From contig JBHGNT010000008.1 of NCBI GenBank assembly GCA_043228905.1, positions 13,392,001 to 13,456,000 on the forward strand: a stretch of DNA of 64,000 nt, read 5' to 3'. This document shows positions 39,198 through 51,550 of this stretch, one piece after another. The DNA comes from Azolla caroliniana. Taxonomy: Eukaryota; Plantae; Polypodiophyta. The position numbers and the translations under genes were made by a program. Numbering within the stretch: the stretch's first letter is position 1; each line of letters opens with the position of its first letter. The notes below the pieces were generated by a model, which saw only the letters and a program-made list of their open reading frames with translations, ran no database searches and had not been told where the DNA came from.

Positions 39198-40147
39198 TCT
39201 TCATCTAATTGACTAAGGATTTCAAATTTGTTTGAGATACTTGGGCTATTAGTACTATGAATACTATCTGACACTCTATTAGTACATTTAATACTATCAG
39301 ACACTCCGAAGGGAAGAATTGACTCGGGTTTAGTACAGGCGACGATTTGATTTACTTGCCTTCTTGGCCTATGGGGACAATTGATGGCGATATGCCCTGG
39401 TCCACCGCAATAAAGACATAATCGATTGGCACGTCGTCGTTGCTTTTCTTCTTCCGATAACGGGCCGCGTCGACGCATGGTGTCGATCTCCATCGGTGTC
39501 GGAATATTGGCTTGAGGTACATCGCGTGCAAATGGTTTAGCCGTGACTGAGGCGTATGTGGATTCCGGCCGAGAGCGTGGTATTTGTAACTGACGTTCCG
39601 AACGCCGTTTGAAAAGGCGGTTGTCGCATCGGACCGCTTGACTGATTGCCTCCGTAAGAGACTTTGGTTCTTCGGGGAAGGTTAAAAGCAAATCTTTGAC
39701 ATCATTGCGCAAGCCGTAGCGAAACTGCTCCATGAGGGCCTGATCATCCCAGGGGATATCTGAGGCGAGTAGACGGAAATCCGCCGCGTAGGCAGAGGCT
39801 GGACGATCGCCTTGACGCAATCTTCGGATCTTGTTGATCGCCGTCCTGATACTATCGGTATCTCCAAAGCAGGCTTTAAACTCACCAATAAAATCTTCAA
39901 AGTTATTAAGCAAGGGCGATTTTTTTTCTAGAAGCGGAGCGAACAATGCCAAGGCTGAGCCGCTAAGTAACGTGCCTATTAGGCCGACTCGAGATGCATC
40001 AGTGGGATATCGGGAAGGATGCATCTGGATGACTAAGCGTACTTGATTAAGGAATCCCCGGAATTGCGATCGTGTTCCATCAAATTTCACAGGAAGTCCA
40101 ATCTTGGGCTCTTTATGAAATCCTTGGGGACTTGATCCTTGTTGCAA
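39185..40147 (-). CDS. gag: Gag of chromovirus H with CCHC zinc knuckle
   Basis: PVKFDGTRSQFRGFL, LRQGDRPASAY, PTPMEID, CLYCGGPGHIAINC. Confidence 0.9.
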   Translation of the reverse strand: MQQGSSPQGFHKEPKIGLPVKFDGTRSQFRGFLNQVRLVIQMHPSRYPTDASRVGLIGTLLSGSALALFAPLLEKKSPLLNNFEDFIGEFKACFGDTDSIRTAINKIRRLRQGDRPASAYAADFRLLASDIPWDDQALMEQFRYGLRNDVKDLLLTFPEEPKSLTEAISQAVRCDNRLFKRRSERQLQIPRSRPESTYASVTAKPFARDVPQANIPTPMEIDTMRRRGPLSEEEKQRRRANRLCLYCGGPGHIAINCPHRPRRQVNQIVACTKPESILPFGVSDSIKCTNRVSDSIHSTNSPSISNKFEILSQLDEELND

Positions 40148-40397
40148 TGCTGCTTCGAGTTGTTGTACTCGTAATGCTTACTCCCCATGTTGTTGTTGCG
40201 TTTGTTGTTTTTCGAGAGCGATTTGTTGCAGATCCCCTATCAACCGTTGATTTTCTTGTTCCAGGGCAACAAACTTTTCTTTTAGGCACTGTAACTCAGA
40301 GAAAACGGATTGATATTCTTGGGCACTAACAGTAGCCATAGTATAGGGAAAAGGGTAGGAAGAGGAGGGAGAACGACAAGTAGGCTGGTGGAAAGAA

Positions 40398-40409
40398 AAA
40401 TTGGTTCAA
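40398..40409 (-). promoter_or_regulatory. Self-priming PBS (Tf1 type) of H
   Basis: TTGAACCAATTT is complementary to AAATTGGTTCAA (40628-40639), which lies about 33 nt downstream of TATAAAAG in the LTR. Confidence 0.8.
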
Positions 40410-40780
40410 ACTGTCAGGAATAGTACTAAAGCAGAGATGGAATTAGTACTAAGAAGAGCAGTACTATTAGTACTAAGAGGACGGGACTGCGTAAGATTCC
40501 CGAGAGAGGAAGTGAGAAGAGGAGAGAGAGAGATAGTGAGGATGAGAGAGAGAGAAAGATGATGACAGCAGCTAATATATTATGTGAAATGATAAGTACA
40601 AAGCGGCTGAGAGGCTTAAGACTGGCGTTGAACCAATTTGGTTCAACATAATGCTTAGTGCCTTCTTTTATAGTGTTGTCAGGAGTAATCCTAAAACTTC
40701 TAGAATGTTCCAGAGAAATCTGGAATATACATTACTTTCTTATAATAAAACATAAATGAAAATAAAATCTTATGAATTAC

Positions 40781-40851
40781 AATAGATGGTGTGATGGTTA
40801 AGAGCTCGACCCATATACCATAAGGTCATGGGTTTCAGTCTTGCCATATCA
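40781..40851 (+). ncRNA. Degenerate tRNA-like segment at the U3 tip of the H LTR (second copy 35563-35633)
   Basis: GGTGTGATGGTTAAG (A-box-like), CCCATA, and AGGTCATGGGTT(C/T)CAGTC (variable loop and B-box-like) occur at tRNA spacing, but the stems are poor. Confidence 0.4.
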
Positions 40852-41622
40852 TGACACATACTGGAGTATCCGGTGTGCGCACTGAAGGTGCTCCATGGTT
40901 GGCTTCTACATGAACTGGATGATCACTCCGACCGGGTACCTGAAGTCTGGTCGAGTGATTGTCAAGTATATCAGGCTTCTGATGATTTGTCGGAACCATT
41001 TCTCATCACAGGCCGGTCCGGAGTTGGGACAGAACTTCTGGTTCCTGTCTAGGGGTGTGGAGACAGGTCGGTATTCCGTCATACCGAACTTGTACAACAT
41101 ATTTAACACATAGTGTCATTGTGAGAGCAATATGCCATCGGGGGTTCGGATCACCTCGATCCCAAGAAAATAATGAAGGTTCCCCAGGTCCTTCATTTCA
41201 AATGCGTCCGACAGCTGGGACTTTACTCGACCGATTTCATTGAGTCCGGGTCCGGTGATGACCAAATCATCAACATAAAGTACGATGCAAACCGGACCGT
41301 CCGGACCTTGCCAGATGAACAATGACGAGTCAGATTTAGAGGTCACAAACCCCATCTTACACAACCGGTGCGTGATCTTCACATTCCAAGCTCGGGGGGC
41401 TTGTTTCAGACCGTAAAACGACTTCTTGAGCAGGCACACCGCCAACCAAAACCGGACCGGCGATGGAGCCAGTGATCTGGCGGCAATCGGCAAAGCAACG
41501 GTGGCACACCGGTGTAACCGACATCCGGCGGCCACTAGCGAACCGGGCGGAAACCGGCATCCAGCGAATCGGCGTACGACGACTAGATAAATAAATATAT
41601 AAATATATATACATATACAAGG

Positions 41623-41695
41623 AGGGCAAGTAAGGATTCGAACCTTGCACCTCCAAGTTAAGAGTCAATTGGCTTACCACTAAGCAAGGATATTT
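41623..41695 (-). ncRNA. Same tRNA-derived cassette in the 5' LTR of I
   Basis: Near-identical copy of 51478-51550. Confidence 0.7.
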
Positions 41696-42032
41696 AGTTG
41701 AAATTATATTTCTATCATCATACTTTTACATGTAAATTCTTATGCATGAGAGCTAAAATGAGTGACATGGTTATAATGCACCACATGTAAATTTACGAGC
41801 GCCAAATGGCAAACATGCATCATATGCCTGGGGGCATCTATAAAAGGATGGATGAAAATGTATTATGGATCCATATAGGAACTAAGAAATTAATGAGAAG
41901 AAAATTCATTGATGATATATCTTGTTTCTTAAATCAAGAGTTAAAATCTTAATCTCAATATCTCTCTCTTGGCCATATCAATCTTTCTCAATCTAAGTCA
42001 AGCGTTTAATCTTAATCTCTCTCTCTCTCTCA

Positions 42033-43668
42033 ATCTATCCTAAATACTTTCTCACTAAGCTTGGTGTGAACTTTGATCATTTCGGTCCAGAACCCCGGCG
42101 GTTCCGCCTCGCGATCTGCGCATAGTGACAGAACTTCACGACATAATGAAGTGGTGAACCCGACGTGAAAGAGGCGGCAGGAAGGATCAAATCGAGGATC
42201 AACCAATACTTGGAAATGGCATCCTCAAGCAACCAAGCGGGAGAGCTCGAAAGGGTGATGCTAATCATTGAACAAATGATGAGATCTCGAGACGACGATG
42301 CCAGCGTGGACAAGGCCGTCGACCGTTATTGCAAAGTTTCGCGCGTGCGTGTAGAAGGGCGGGACCACGGGGGTCTCAGACGACGGAAGAAGGGAAGCCG
42401 AGAAGATGATTTCGGACGCGTTCCGGAAGCAACCGAACTTTGATCTATCCTAAATACTTTCTCGCTAAGCTTGGTGCGAACTTTGATCATTTCGGTCCAG
42501 AACCTTGGCGGTTCCGCCTCGCGATCCGCACGTAGTGACAGAACTTCACGACATAATTAAGTGGTGAACCCGACGTGAAAGAGGCGGCAGGAAGGATCAA
42601 ATCGAGGATCAACCAATACTTGGAAATGGCATCCTCAAGCAACCAAGCGGGAGAGCTCGAAAGGGTGATGCTAATCATCGAACAAATGACGAGATATCGA
42701 GACGACGATGCCAGCGTGGACAAGGCCGTCGACCGTTATTGCAAAGTTTCGCGCGTGCGTGTAGAAGGGCGGGACCACGGGGGTCTCAGACGACGGAAGA
42801 AGGGAAGCCGAGAAGATGATTTCGGACGCGTTCCGGAAGCAACCGAACTTTGATCTATCCTAAATACTTTCTTGCTAAGCTTGGTGCGAACTTTGATCAT
42901 TTCGGTCCAGAACCCCGGCAATTCCGCCTCGCGATCCGCGCGTAGTGACAGAACTTCACGACATAATTAAGTGGTGAACCCGACGTGAAAGAGGCGGCAA
43001 GAAGGATCAAATCGAGGATCAACCAATACTTGGAAATGGCATCCTCAAGCAACCAAGCGGGAGAGCTCGAAAGGGTGATGCTAATCATCGAACAAATGAC
43101 GAGATCTCGAGACGACGATGCCAGCGTGGACAAGGCCGTCGACCGTTATTGCAAAGTTTCGTGCGTGCGTGTAGAAGGGCGGGACCACGGGGGTCTCAGA
43201 CGACGGAAGAAGGGAAGCCGAGAAGATGATTTCGGACGCGTTCCGGAAGCAACCGAACTTTGATCTATCCTAAATACTTTCTCGCTAAGCTTGGTGCGAA
43301 CTTTGATCATTTCGGTCCAGAACCCCGGCGATTCCGCCTCGCGATCCGCGCGTAGTGACAGAACTTCACGACATAATTAAGTGGTGAACCCAACGTGAAA
43401 GAGGCGGCAAGAAGGATCAAATCGAGGATCAACCAATACTTGGAAATGGCATCCTCAAGCAACCAAGCGGGAGAGCTCGAAAGGGTGATGCTAATCATCG
43501 AACAAATGATGAGATCTCGAGACAACGATGCCAGCGTGGACGAGGCCGTCGATCGTTATTGCAAAGTTTCGCGCGTGCGTGTAGAAGGGCGGGACCACGG
43601 GGGTCTCAGACGATGGAAGAAGGGAAGCCGAGAAGATGATTTCAGACGCGTTCCGGAAGCAACCGAAC
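42033..43668 (+). repeat. 4 x 410-bp tandem array of the I LTR end, PBS, gag start and J LTR tip
   Basis: Units start at 42033, 42443, 42853 and 43263 and are nearly identical. Confidence 0.95.
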
Positions 43669-46600
43669 GGGAGAGAGAAAGAGAGAGAGAGCGCGCTTGA
43701 CACCGACTCACACCCACACACACACACACACACCACGCCGACCCAACTCACGCCCTTATGTACATAAACGGGGGTAAGAGAACACCAAAACACCCATACA
43801 AACACCGGTGCGCAGAACCCTCCATGCATATATTACAAGACTAAGATACTGGTATCGAGCCCGACCTAAGTAACTCAGGTTACAACAGTCGTCTACTACC
43901 AAGCCGCTGGTCGGGGGGGGGAGCTCTCGCGCTTGTCGTGCCGAGCGGGGTCTTGCACAGAGAACGACCGGAAAACAAGAACACGAGATGCCAAGGTTCG
44001 ATACTCAGAATAACGAAGAGGAAGAAGCAAAGAAAAGAAACGAAACCGTAAACAAGGGGAAAGAAAGAGGAAGAGAGAACGTTTCTTCCTCTAACGGTAT
44101 ATCCTACGAATACAAAAATGGGCAACCCCTTCACAAAAGGCGCTCCCTTCCTTTTATAGAACAAGGAGGGAGATGCGTTACAATGTGGGACAAATCCCGA
44201 CTTACATGGGATTCTCTGTCCCGACTTGACTACCCTTCGGCGCCATAAAGGCGCCCTCGTTATTCACACTAAATGTACAAGGGTGAGCGCACATGCTGCA
44301 CCCCGCCAATGTAGCCAATATTTCCCGGTTTCGGCCTCTGGCCGAAATTCTTCACGACATCCGCCCCCACCAAACCGCACGTCCACCGGTACTTGCCAAA
44401 TCCGGTGAAGGGTGAGAGATTTCGGCCGGTGAGAAACCGATCAACCGTAATCTGCATTCCGGCTCGCTGCCGGTTTGAATCGTCGGCCTCGGTTCTTCCT
44501 TCGCGCTTACCTCCCCGTAGGCTCGTTCGACCCGTCGGTGGGTCTTTCGCCGCGATCTCCTTAGTACGTGTACTTCTGCTGGCCCTTGTTCGGCACTATG
44601 CATGCCCCGCTCTCCGCCGTATGCCCGATGTCCTCCGCTTGAGGAACGCCTATAGTGGCCCGCGTGGCCTCCGTCGACCATTCGTGTTATCCTGATTGCC
44701 GTCCCATATTGTTTCGCATTGCCTTCGTCCTCTCGCCGCCACCTTCCCTCTCCATGGTCTTACGTCACCACGTCGGCTCAAACCGTCATGGTCTCCGGAA
44801 CGGTGTGGAGGATCCTTCTCTGGCCTTCTACGCGCTACCTCCGATCCGCGCAACCTATCTTCGCGCTCGCCTTCCCGCTCCGGCACCTCCATGTGCCGCA
44901 TACCCTCGTCCGTTGTTTGGCACTGCCTGTGCCGCACTCCGGTTCATTGCACGCCTTGTCGGCCCCTTTCCCGGCCAGATCGTGCATCGCCGCTCATCCG
45001 CATATCGGTTTCCTCCACATCCGAGGAACACCCCGTAGTAGCCCGCTTGACCCTTCCCGTTTTGCGCTGCTGCAACAGGTCCTGAGTCTTCCAATCGCCG
45101 TCGCCCCCTCGCCCCCACCAGCTTTTCATCCCGGGTTTGCCGTGTCAGTCTTGGCCAAGATCTACGAAGCGAGTGTGGAGGATCCTCCTCCGGACTCCCT
45201 CGTCATCCCCTGACTCCGACCTTGTGCAGTCCACTATGCACTCGTCACCTTGTTCCCGACACCTCCCTTGTGCCGTCTTCCGCTTCCTTTGTTCGGCACC
45301 GCCCGTGCCGAACACCGTCCCATTGTCACACTTCGATCCGGCCCGCGATGGGCACTTGCGAGACTCTTGTTCCTCTCTAGGTGTGCCTTTCCGGCCCGAC
45401 ACACCTCCCTGTGTTTGCCCCTACCGGCTCCTTACGAAACCGTAACTGACCAGTAACGGTTTCGCACTCCATCCGCCCCCGTCTTACCGACTCCCGATCC
45501 GCTATCTCGTGTCGCCGGGTCCCGTTCCCTACCGCCACCGTCCTTCTCCCTAGGTCTCACGCCGACTCCCATTAGCCGGCTACCGGAGTCTCCGGATCGG
45601 TGTCAGAGTCCCATAGGACCGACTCCGTTTCTTTGCTTACCAAAATTCGGGTGTCTTCTGTCAGAGTCCTTCGCGACTCTCCTCGTGTCTTCCGCGTGGC
45701 CGGGTCCCGCCTTCATGTTGCCGGGTCCCGTTTCTCGTTGCCACCAACCTTCTCTCTCGGTCTCATGTTGCCATGTTGGCCGAACTGCCGGAGTCTCTAG
45801 TTCAGTGTGGGGATCCCGTAGGACCGGACTTCCTTATGCCCACTAACCTTGCCGGAAGATTTGAGATGGTCCGTAGCCGCCTTGTCGGCCTCATACCTCC
45901 TTGCCGTTTGTCGCTTCCTGTCGTCCGATAACGTTCACCTGCCACCACCGTCCTTTCCTATAGGACCCACGCCAGCACTCGGGCCGACAGCCGGATCGGT
46001 GTGAGGATCTTCGCAAACCGCCCGTCCGCAGTTCTTTGCCTTCGTCCCCTCGCCGCCACCGATCATCACTCTAGGCCGACCGCCGGCTCTCAGGCCGATC
46101 GCCGGAGTCTCTAGAACCAGTGTGAAGGATCCTCCTCGGGCTCGTCGTATCTCTGACCCTTATCCTGGGTCTTTCTTCTTTCACAAGCCGAGAGGGTGGC
46201 TCGCTCCACACCCTCTCTCGTGGTACTGACGTACCGTGTTCCCGGCCTCTTCGTAGGCCTCCTCTTCCTCCCTCCCGGAATGGTTATCCGGAAGTCTGCT
46301 CCACCTGGTTCTCGTTCGTCATTCTCTGGATTGCCGGGTCCCGTTCTTCTGTCGCCACCGATCTCTCCTATAGGACTCACGCCAGCACTCGGGCCGACAG
46401 CCGTTTCGGTGTGAGGATCTCCGTAGGACCGGTCTTCGTTCTCGTCTTTATCCTTTGTACTTCTCCCGAACTCGTCGTTGCTCTCTTCTCGCGTACCGGC
46501 CTCCATCTCCCATCTCTCCAGGTCTCACGCCAGCGCTCGTTGCCGACTGCTTGAGTCTCCGGATAAGACGTGGTGTTTCCGTCCCATAATGATTTGCGGA

Positions 46601-48867
46601 CGCTCGTTCGGGGTACCACTCCCCAAGCACGTTCGGTGAGAAGCATCTGGACTTCGATCGATCAAGTGCCGCCTGCACTTGATTCTCCAATGTCCGGAGT
46701 TTCGGGCAACGGTGTCCGAAACTTGCCGGTCTCTCTCTGCAACCTCGATCGCTAGCTTCCCGATCTGCGGCCTTCGCCTCGCCGGCTTGTGTCCTAATGT
46801 AAAAGAGGGCGATTTGTTTCGCACCCTTTTCCGCGCCGGCACTATTGTACCGAACCGAGCCCTACCGATCAGGCTTTATAACCCGTCCCTGGTCTTTCGC
46901 ACCTTGGGCCAGTTTCAGTCGAGTCATCCACATCCGGATTACACTCCATTCGAATCGGAATGCCGATCTTTCCATGCCGCCTACGTCCTTGGCCTCCTCT
47001 CAGGCCGTTTCCCATCCCTCTTCGCTGGCATCGTGCCAGGACTCCTCGTCGGCGCCTTCCTTCTCTCCGGTCTCATGTCGGCACATGAGCTCGACCACCG
47101 GAGTCTCGGAATCCGCGTGGAGAGCTCTTCTCCGCTCTTGACCTTGTCCTCGGTCGGCAATTCTCCGCAAGTCAAGAGGGTGTTCTGTTCCACACCCTCT
47201 CCTGTGGTACCGTCGTACCAGTCTTCCGCCATTACGTGAGGCAAGTCCGTCTCCTCGGTCTCGGCTTGCGGCCTCAATCTTTCCTCTTCCTCGAGCATCG
47301 CCTCGAGAGCTGCGTATGCCTCCACAATCCTGGCCCCAACGCTAACCCTTGCTACCTCTCTTTGCCGTTCGGCCTCTTCCCGCTGTGATGGCACGCCGTC
47401 GCGCGTCTTCCTCTTAGCCTTCTCAGCTCGCTCGTCATCTAGACGTTGGCACCCCCTTCAGACCTTCGACCAGTCCTCGGTGAGGCCATTCACTCCGTCC
47501 TCATCTTCGAGCTCAATCCCGATGGCCTCCCGTTCCGCTCGGTCGATCGACTTAACGAACAACAGGACTTCTTCCGCCCCCACCAAACCTTGTTCCTGCT
47601 CCAGGAGCCGAGCAAGCCGCCGCTCGTACTCTCGGAACACCTTCATTGCGCCTCAGTGGGTCTTCGACGATGATATCCATTGGTCGAAGTCATGCCTTCC
47701 CTGGTCTTCTGGCCACCCTCCGTATTCCTTCAGGAGCGCCTCTTCGAAGGCCTGCCACGAACTATGAGCCTCACGGAGCTCCTTTACTTCCGCATGCATC
47801 CGGACAGCTACGACCCGACAGAAGAACTTCTGCCTCAACGCCTCGTCTACGCCACGCACTTCCATTTCTGTGTTGTAGGCTTCCAAGTAGAATGGGACCT
47901 TGTCCCCGTTTAAACGGCCAACTATTTCGACCACTCGCTCAATCGCTTGCTGCGCTGCTTCTTGCCTCATCACCACTCGTGCAGACTCCAACACCACATC
48001 GGCCACCATCTCCGCGAGGTCATCATCGTCCGACTCCATGCTCCCTTGCTGCCCTTCACGCCAGGTTCACCAAAGATGTCGCGAAGTTTCGCGCGTGCAT
48101 GTAGAAGGGCGGGACCACGGGGGTCTCGGACAAGGGAAGAAGGGAAGCCGAGAAGACGATTCCGGACGCGTTCTGGAAGCAACCGAATGGGAGAGAGAAA
48201 GAGAGAGAGTGCGCGCTTGACACCGACTCACACCCGCACACACACACATACCACGCCGACCCAACTCACGCCCTTATGTATAGAAACGGAGGTAAGAGAA
48301 CACCAAACACCGGTGCGCAGAACCCTCCATGCATATATTACAAGACTAAGATACAATACTGGTATCGAGCCCGACCTAAGTAGCTCAGGTTACAACAGTC
48401 GTCTACTACCAAGCCGCCGGTCTGGGGGGAGCTCTCGGGCTTGTCGTGCCGAGCGGGGTCTTGCATAGAGAACGGCCGGAAAATAGGAACACGAGATGCC
48501 AAGGCTCGATACTCAGAATAACGAAGAGGAAGAAGTAGAGAAAAGAAACGAAACTGTAAACAAGGGGAACGAAAGAGGAAGAGAGAACGTTTCTTCCTCT
48601 AATGGTATACTCTACAAATGCAAAAATGGGCAACCCCTTCACAAGAGGCGCTCCCTTCCTTTTATAGAACAAGGAGGGAGATGTGTTACAATGTGGGACA
48701 AATCCCGACTTACATGGGATTCTCTGTCCCGACTTGATGACTCTTTGGCGCCATAAAGGCGCCCTCGTTATTCACACTAAATGTACAAGGGTGAGCGCAC
48801 ATGCTGCACCCCGCCGATGTAGCCAATATTTCCCGGTTTCCGCCTCTGGCCGAAATTCTTCACGACA
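43557..48867 (-). mobile_element. Non-autonomous gag-only LTR element J (tRNA-Trp PBS), inserted in the gag of I
   Basis: LTRs 48077-48867 and 43557-44359. 4-bp TSD ccgt; removing J restores AVDR|VVELEGQFDG. PBS 48055-48072. PPT 44360-44371. gag-like ORFs 47458-48039. No pol motifs. Confidence 0.88.
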
Positions 48868-48871
48868 CCGT

Positions 48872-50374
48872 GTCGTAGAGCTAGAGGGTCAATTTGATGG
48901 AAGGAACGTTACGAAGTTCCTTGACACATATAGAAGGGAGATGAATCAGAGGGACATGTTCGAAGCACGTCAAATCACAAGCTTCAAGAGAGTTGTCGCC
49001 AACAACATCCAAAGACGCGTCATCGAGCTTCAAGAAGGTAAGACAACATGGTCCGAGTTCGAGAAAACAATACTAGCGGAGTTCGCGACTAAAGACTCAA
49101 CGAGGATGACTCGACATGCCCTGATGAAGTGGATAGAGAAGAAAATTAAGAAGATGAGCACCTCGAGGGTGTATGACGAATTCGACCATATGTTTGGCCG
49201 TCTCCCCAACACGGATCAAGTGCTACTTGAAGAGGAAAACACTTTATACTTCTTAAAAGCTATGTAGATGAAGGATAGAAGAGAGTTGGGGACTCTCCTC
49301 GAAGATGATACCCAAAAGAACATGCTTGTGGCGGACTGGGTTGCGGTGAAGCAAGCATGCAACAAGATCGATAGACGTCGTCGATGGCTTGATGGTATTG
49401 ACTTGGTAAGGCCGATCATAGAGAAAGAAAAACCATCCAAAGAAGTAGAGACGCCTAAACAACGCATGCAACATGAAAAGAAGATTGATGATGAGTCGAG
49501 GACAATGACGACCATTTCAAAGGAGGACAAATGTTTCAGAACATGCGTCGTGTTCGAAAGAAAGAATGATGAAGGAGCAAGCCTATTCGAAGCTTGCATT
49601 AAAGGAGATAAAGAGTGCGAGATCGACATGATAGAGGATCTAGCCACTAAAATCGAGGAGGTGGCTATGAGCAAGACAACAAGAGTCGACAATGACCATG
49701 GCGAGATTTTCTCCGCAGCTGTACTAGAGACTTGGGCAGTTACGTCCGCTAACCAACGTGAGACGCAAGAGATGAGAGGTGGCAGCGAAGAACCAGAGGT
49801 CACAGCTAAAGAGAGAAGGATAAACGAAGCTTGTTCGATCAATAGAGTCAATGAGTGCGAGGCCCATGAGATTGAAGAGATAGCCACGAAAAACGACATC
49901 GAGTCGGAGAGGGCTATGAACGAGTCAATGGCGATTGGTCCTGTTGAGACTTTCCCACTACTATCTCCAGAGACTTCGGCAGTTGCGATCGAAAGGAAAC
50001 GTGAGACCGAAGAGACGGAAGATGGAGGAGAGACAACAAAGGTCAAAGCCGATGTATATGATGAAGAGATAGCCGAGAAGGAGGCTATGGACAAAACGAC
50101 AAAGGAAGGTAATACTAAGGAATCCGGCCCACTAATTCTAGACACTTCGGCGGTTGTGTCCGAGAACCAACGTGAGACCGGAGAGACAGATGGTGGCAAA
50201 AAGGAAGAGAAGGACAAAGATAGTACAGACAATGACAACGGACAAATTTCCTCCACACTCTTTCCAGAGACTTGGGCAATTGCGTTCGAGAATCGATGTA
50301 AGAGACGGGAGGTGATGGCGAAGAACCGAAGGCCGAAACTAATAGATGCGGTAAAAGACGGAAGCTGGCGGTGA
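48872..50374 (+). pseudogene. gag: Gag capsid-like domain plus long E/K-rich repetitive tail of element I
   Basis: FDGRNVTKFLDTY...WSEFEKTILAEF. One in-frame TAG at 49265. Repeated ET(W/S)AV motifs. Confidence 0.75.
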
Positions 50375-51477
50375 GGAAGCAAAGGTCAATGCTGATTCGC
50401 GCAACGACGACAAGGAAGCAAAGATCAATGCTGATTTAAGAAACATTAAGATGGAAATGGCTAAGTGCGGCACGTAAAAGGCAAACGACGGAAATGTATG
50501 GGTCCCTCCACACTCTTTCCGGATACTTCAGCATTAACCGATGTAAGATCCAAGAGAAGGATAGTGACGAGGAAGAAGTAAGGGTTAAAGCTGATGCATG
50601 CAACGAAGAATTTCTGCAAAATATGGCAAGGGATGGCGATGGCCAAGCGAGCCATGAGGATTTGATGGATGTGATCAAAACATCTATCAAAGACACTTGT
50701 GAATGAGTCCAAGTGCCTTGAGCAGGGAGATGATCGAGACAAAGGCGGAACATTTATGAGACTTAAATGATTATCCTCAGGAAGGGAGCACTCAGGAAGG
50801 GAGCAAGGGGTCATGACAACAAGTCATGGTAAAGCAAAGAAAAGACTAATGATATGGTGGATTGGCTGGCAACCATGATTCAAGTGCAAAGGAAAGGACA
50901 TGCTCGACGTGGAGGAGTCATGCTGATCACCATTGCCGAAATGTCACTTTCTCTCTTCTTGGCACGTACTGGAGGACGTGTGGTTTGGTGGGGGTGGATG
51001 TCGTGAAGATTTTCGGCAATGGTGTGAAATTCATATAAAACGTACAAAATTGAGTATGAATCACATAAAACCATAATAGTGAAGATAACTTTTAAATAAG
51101 TTTAATATCTAAGTACAAAATGATGGAGGTCTTCAAGAGCTTTCGAATGCACTTTATTACACGAGAAACGGACAACTAGATGTCAAGATATGAGAGTATA
51201 AACTTTGTGAAAGGAAAAGAGAAAATTGTGAGATATCCTACATCGGCACGAAAAATACGGCTCTCATCATATATAAGCTACTCGTAAAGGTTTTGGCCAA
51301 CCAAAACCGGACCGGCGATGGAGCCAGTGATCTAGCGGCAATCGGCAAAGCGACGGTGGCACACCGGTGTAACCGACATCCGGCGGCCACCAGCGAACCG
51401 GGCGGAAACCGGCATCCAGCGAACCGGCATACGACGACTAGATTAATAAATATATAAATATATATACATATACAAGG

Positions 51478-51550
51478 AGGGCAAGTAAGGATTCGAACCT
51501 TGCACCTCCAAGTTAAGAGTCAATTGGCTTACCACTAAGCCAAGATATTT
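51478..51550 (-). ncRNA. tRNA-Lys(CTT)-derived pseudo-tRNA or SINE-head cassette in the 3' LTR of I
   Basis: A box TGGCTTAGTGG, perfect D-stem GCTT/AAGC, loop CTCTTAA, T-arm AAGG-TTCGAAT-CCTT (B box). No acceptor stem. Confidence 0.72.

Larger units (their letters stand above)
35194..40856 (-). mobile_element. Ty3/gypsy chromovirus H (Tcn1-like), full length with some frameshifts
   Basis: 445-bp LTRs 40412-40856 and 35194-35638, differing by about 6 substitutions by eye. TSD catac. Domain order gag-PR-RT-RH-INT-chromodomain. Confidence 0.95.

Noticed and set aside
41623-41695. Functional tRNA-Lys gene
   Set aside because: The acceptor stem is missing and the anticodon stem is irregular. It is kept only as a tRNA-derived cassette.
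42033-43668. CRISPR-like array or a family of four small genes
   Set aside because: There are no unique spacers and no cas genes. The units are head-to-tail copies of a retroelement junction, and the ORFs are chimeric by-products.
44372-47400. Many overlapping GC-rich ORFs in J as pol or a cargo gene
   Set aside because: No protease, RT, RNase H or integrase motifs were recognised. High GC and internal duplications explain the open frames.
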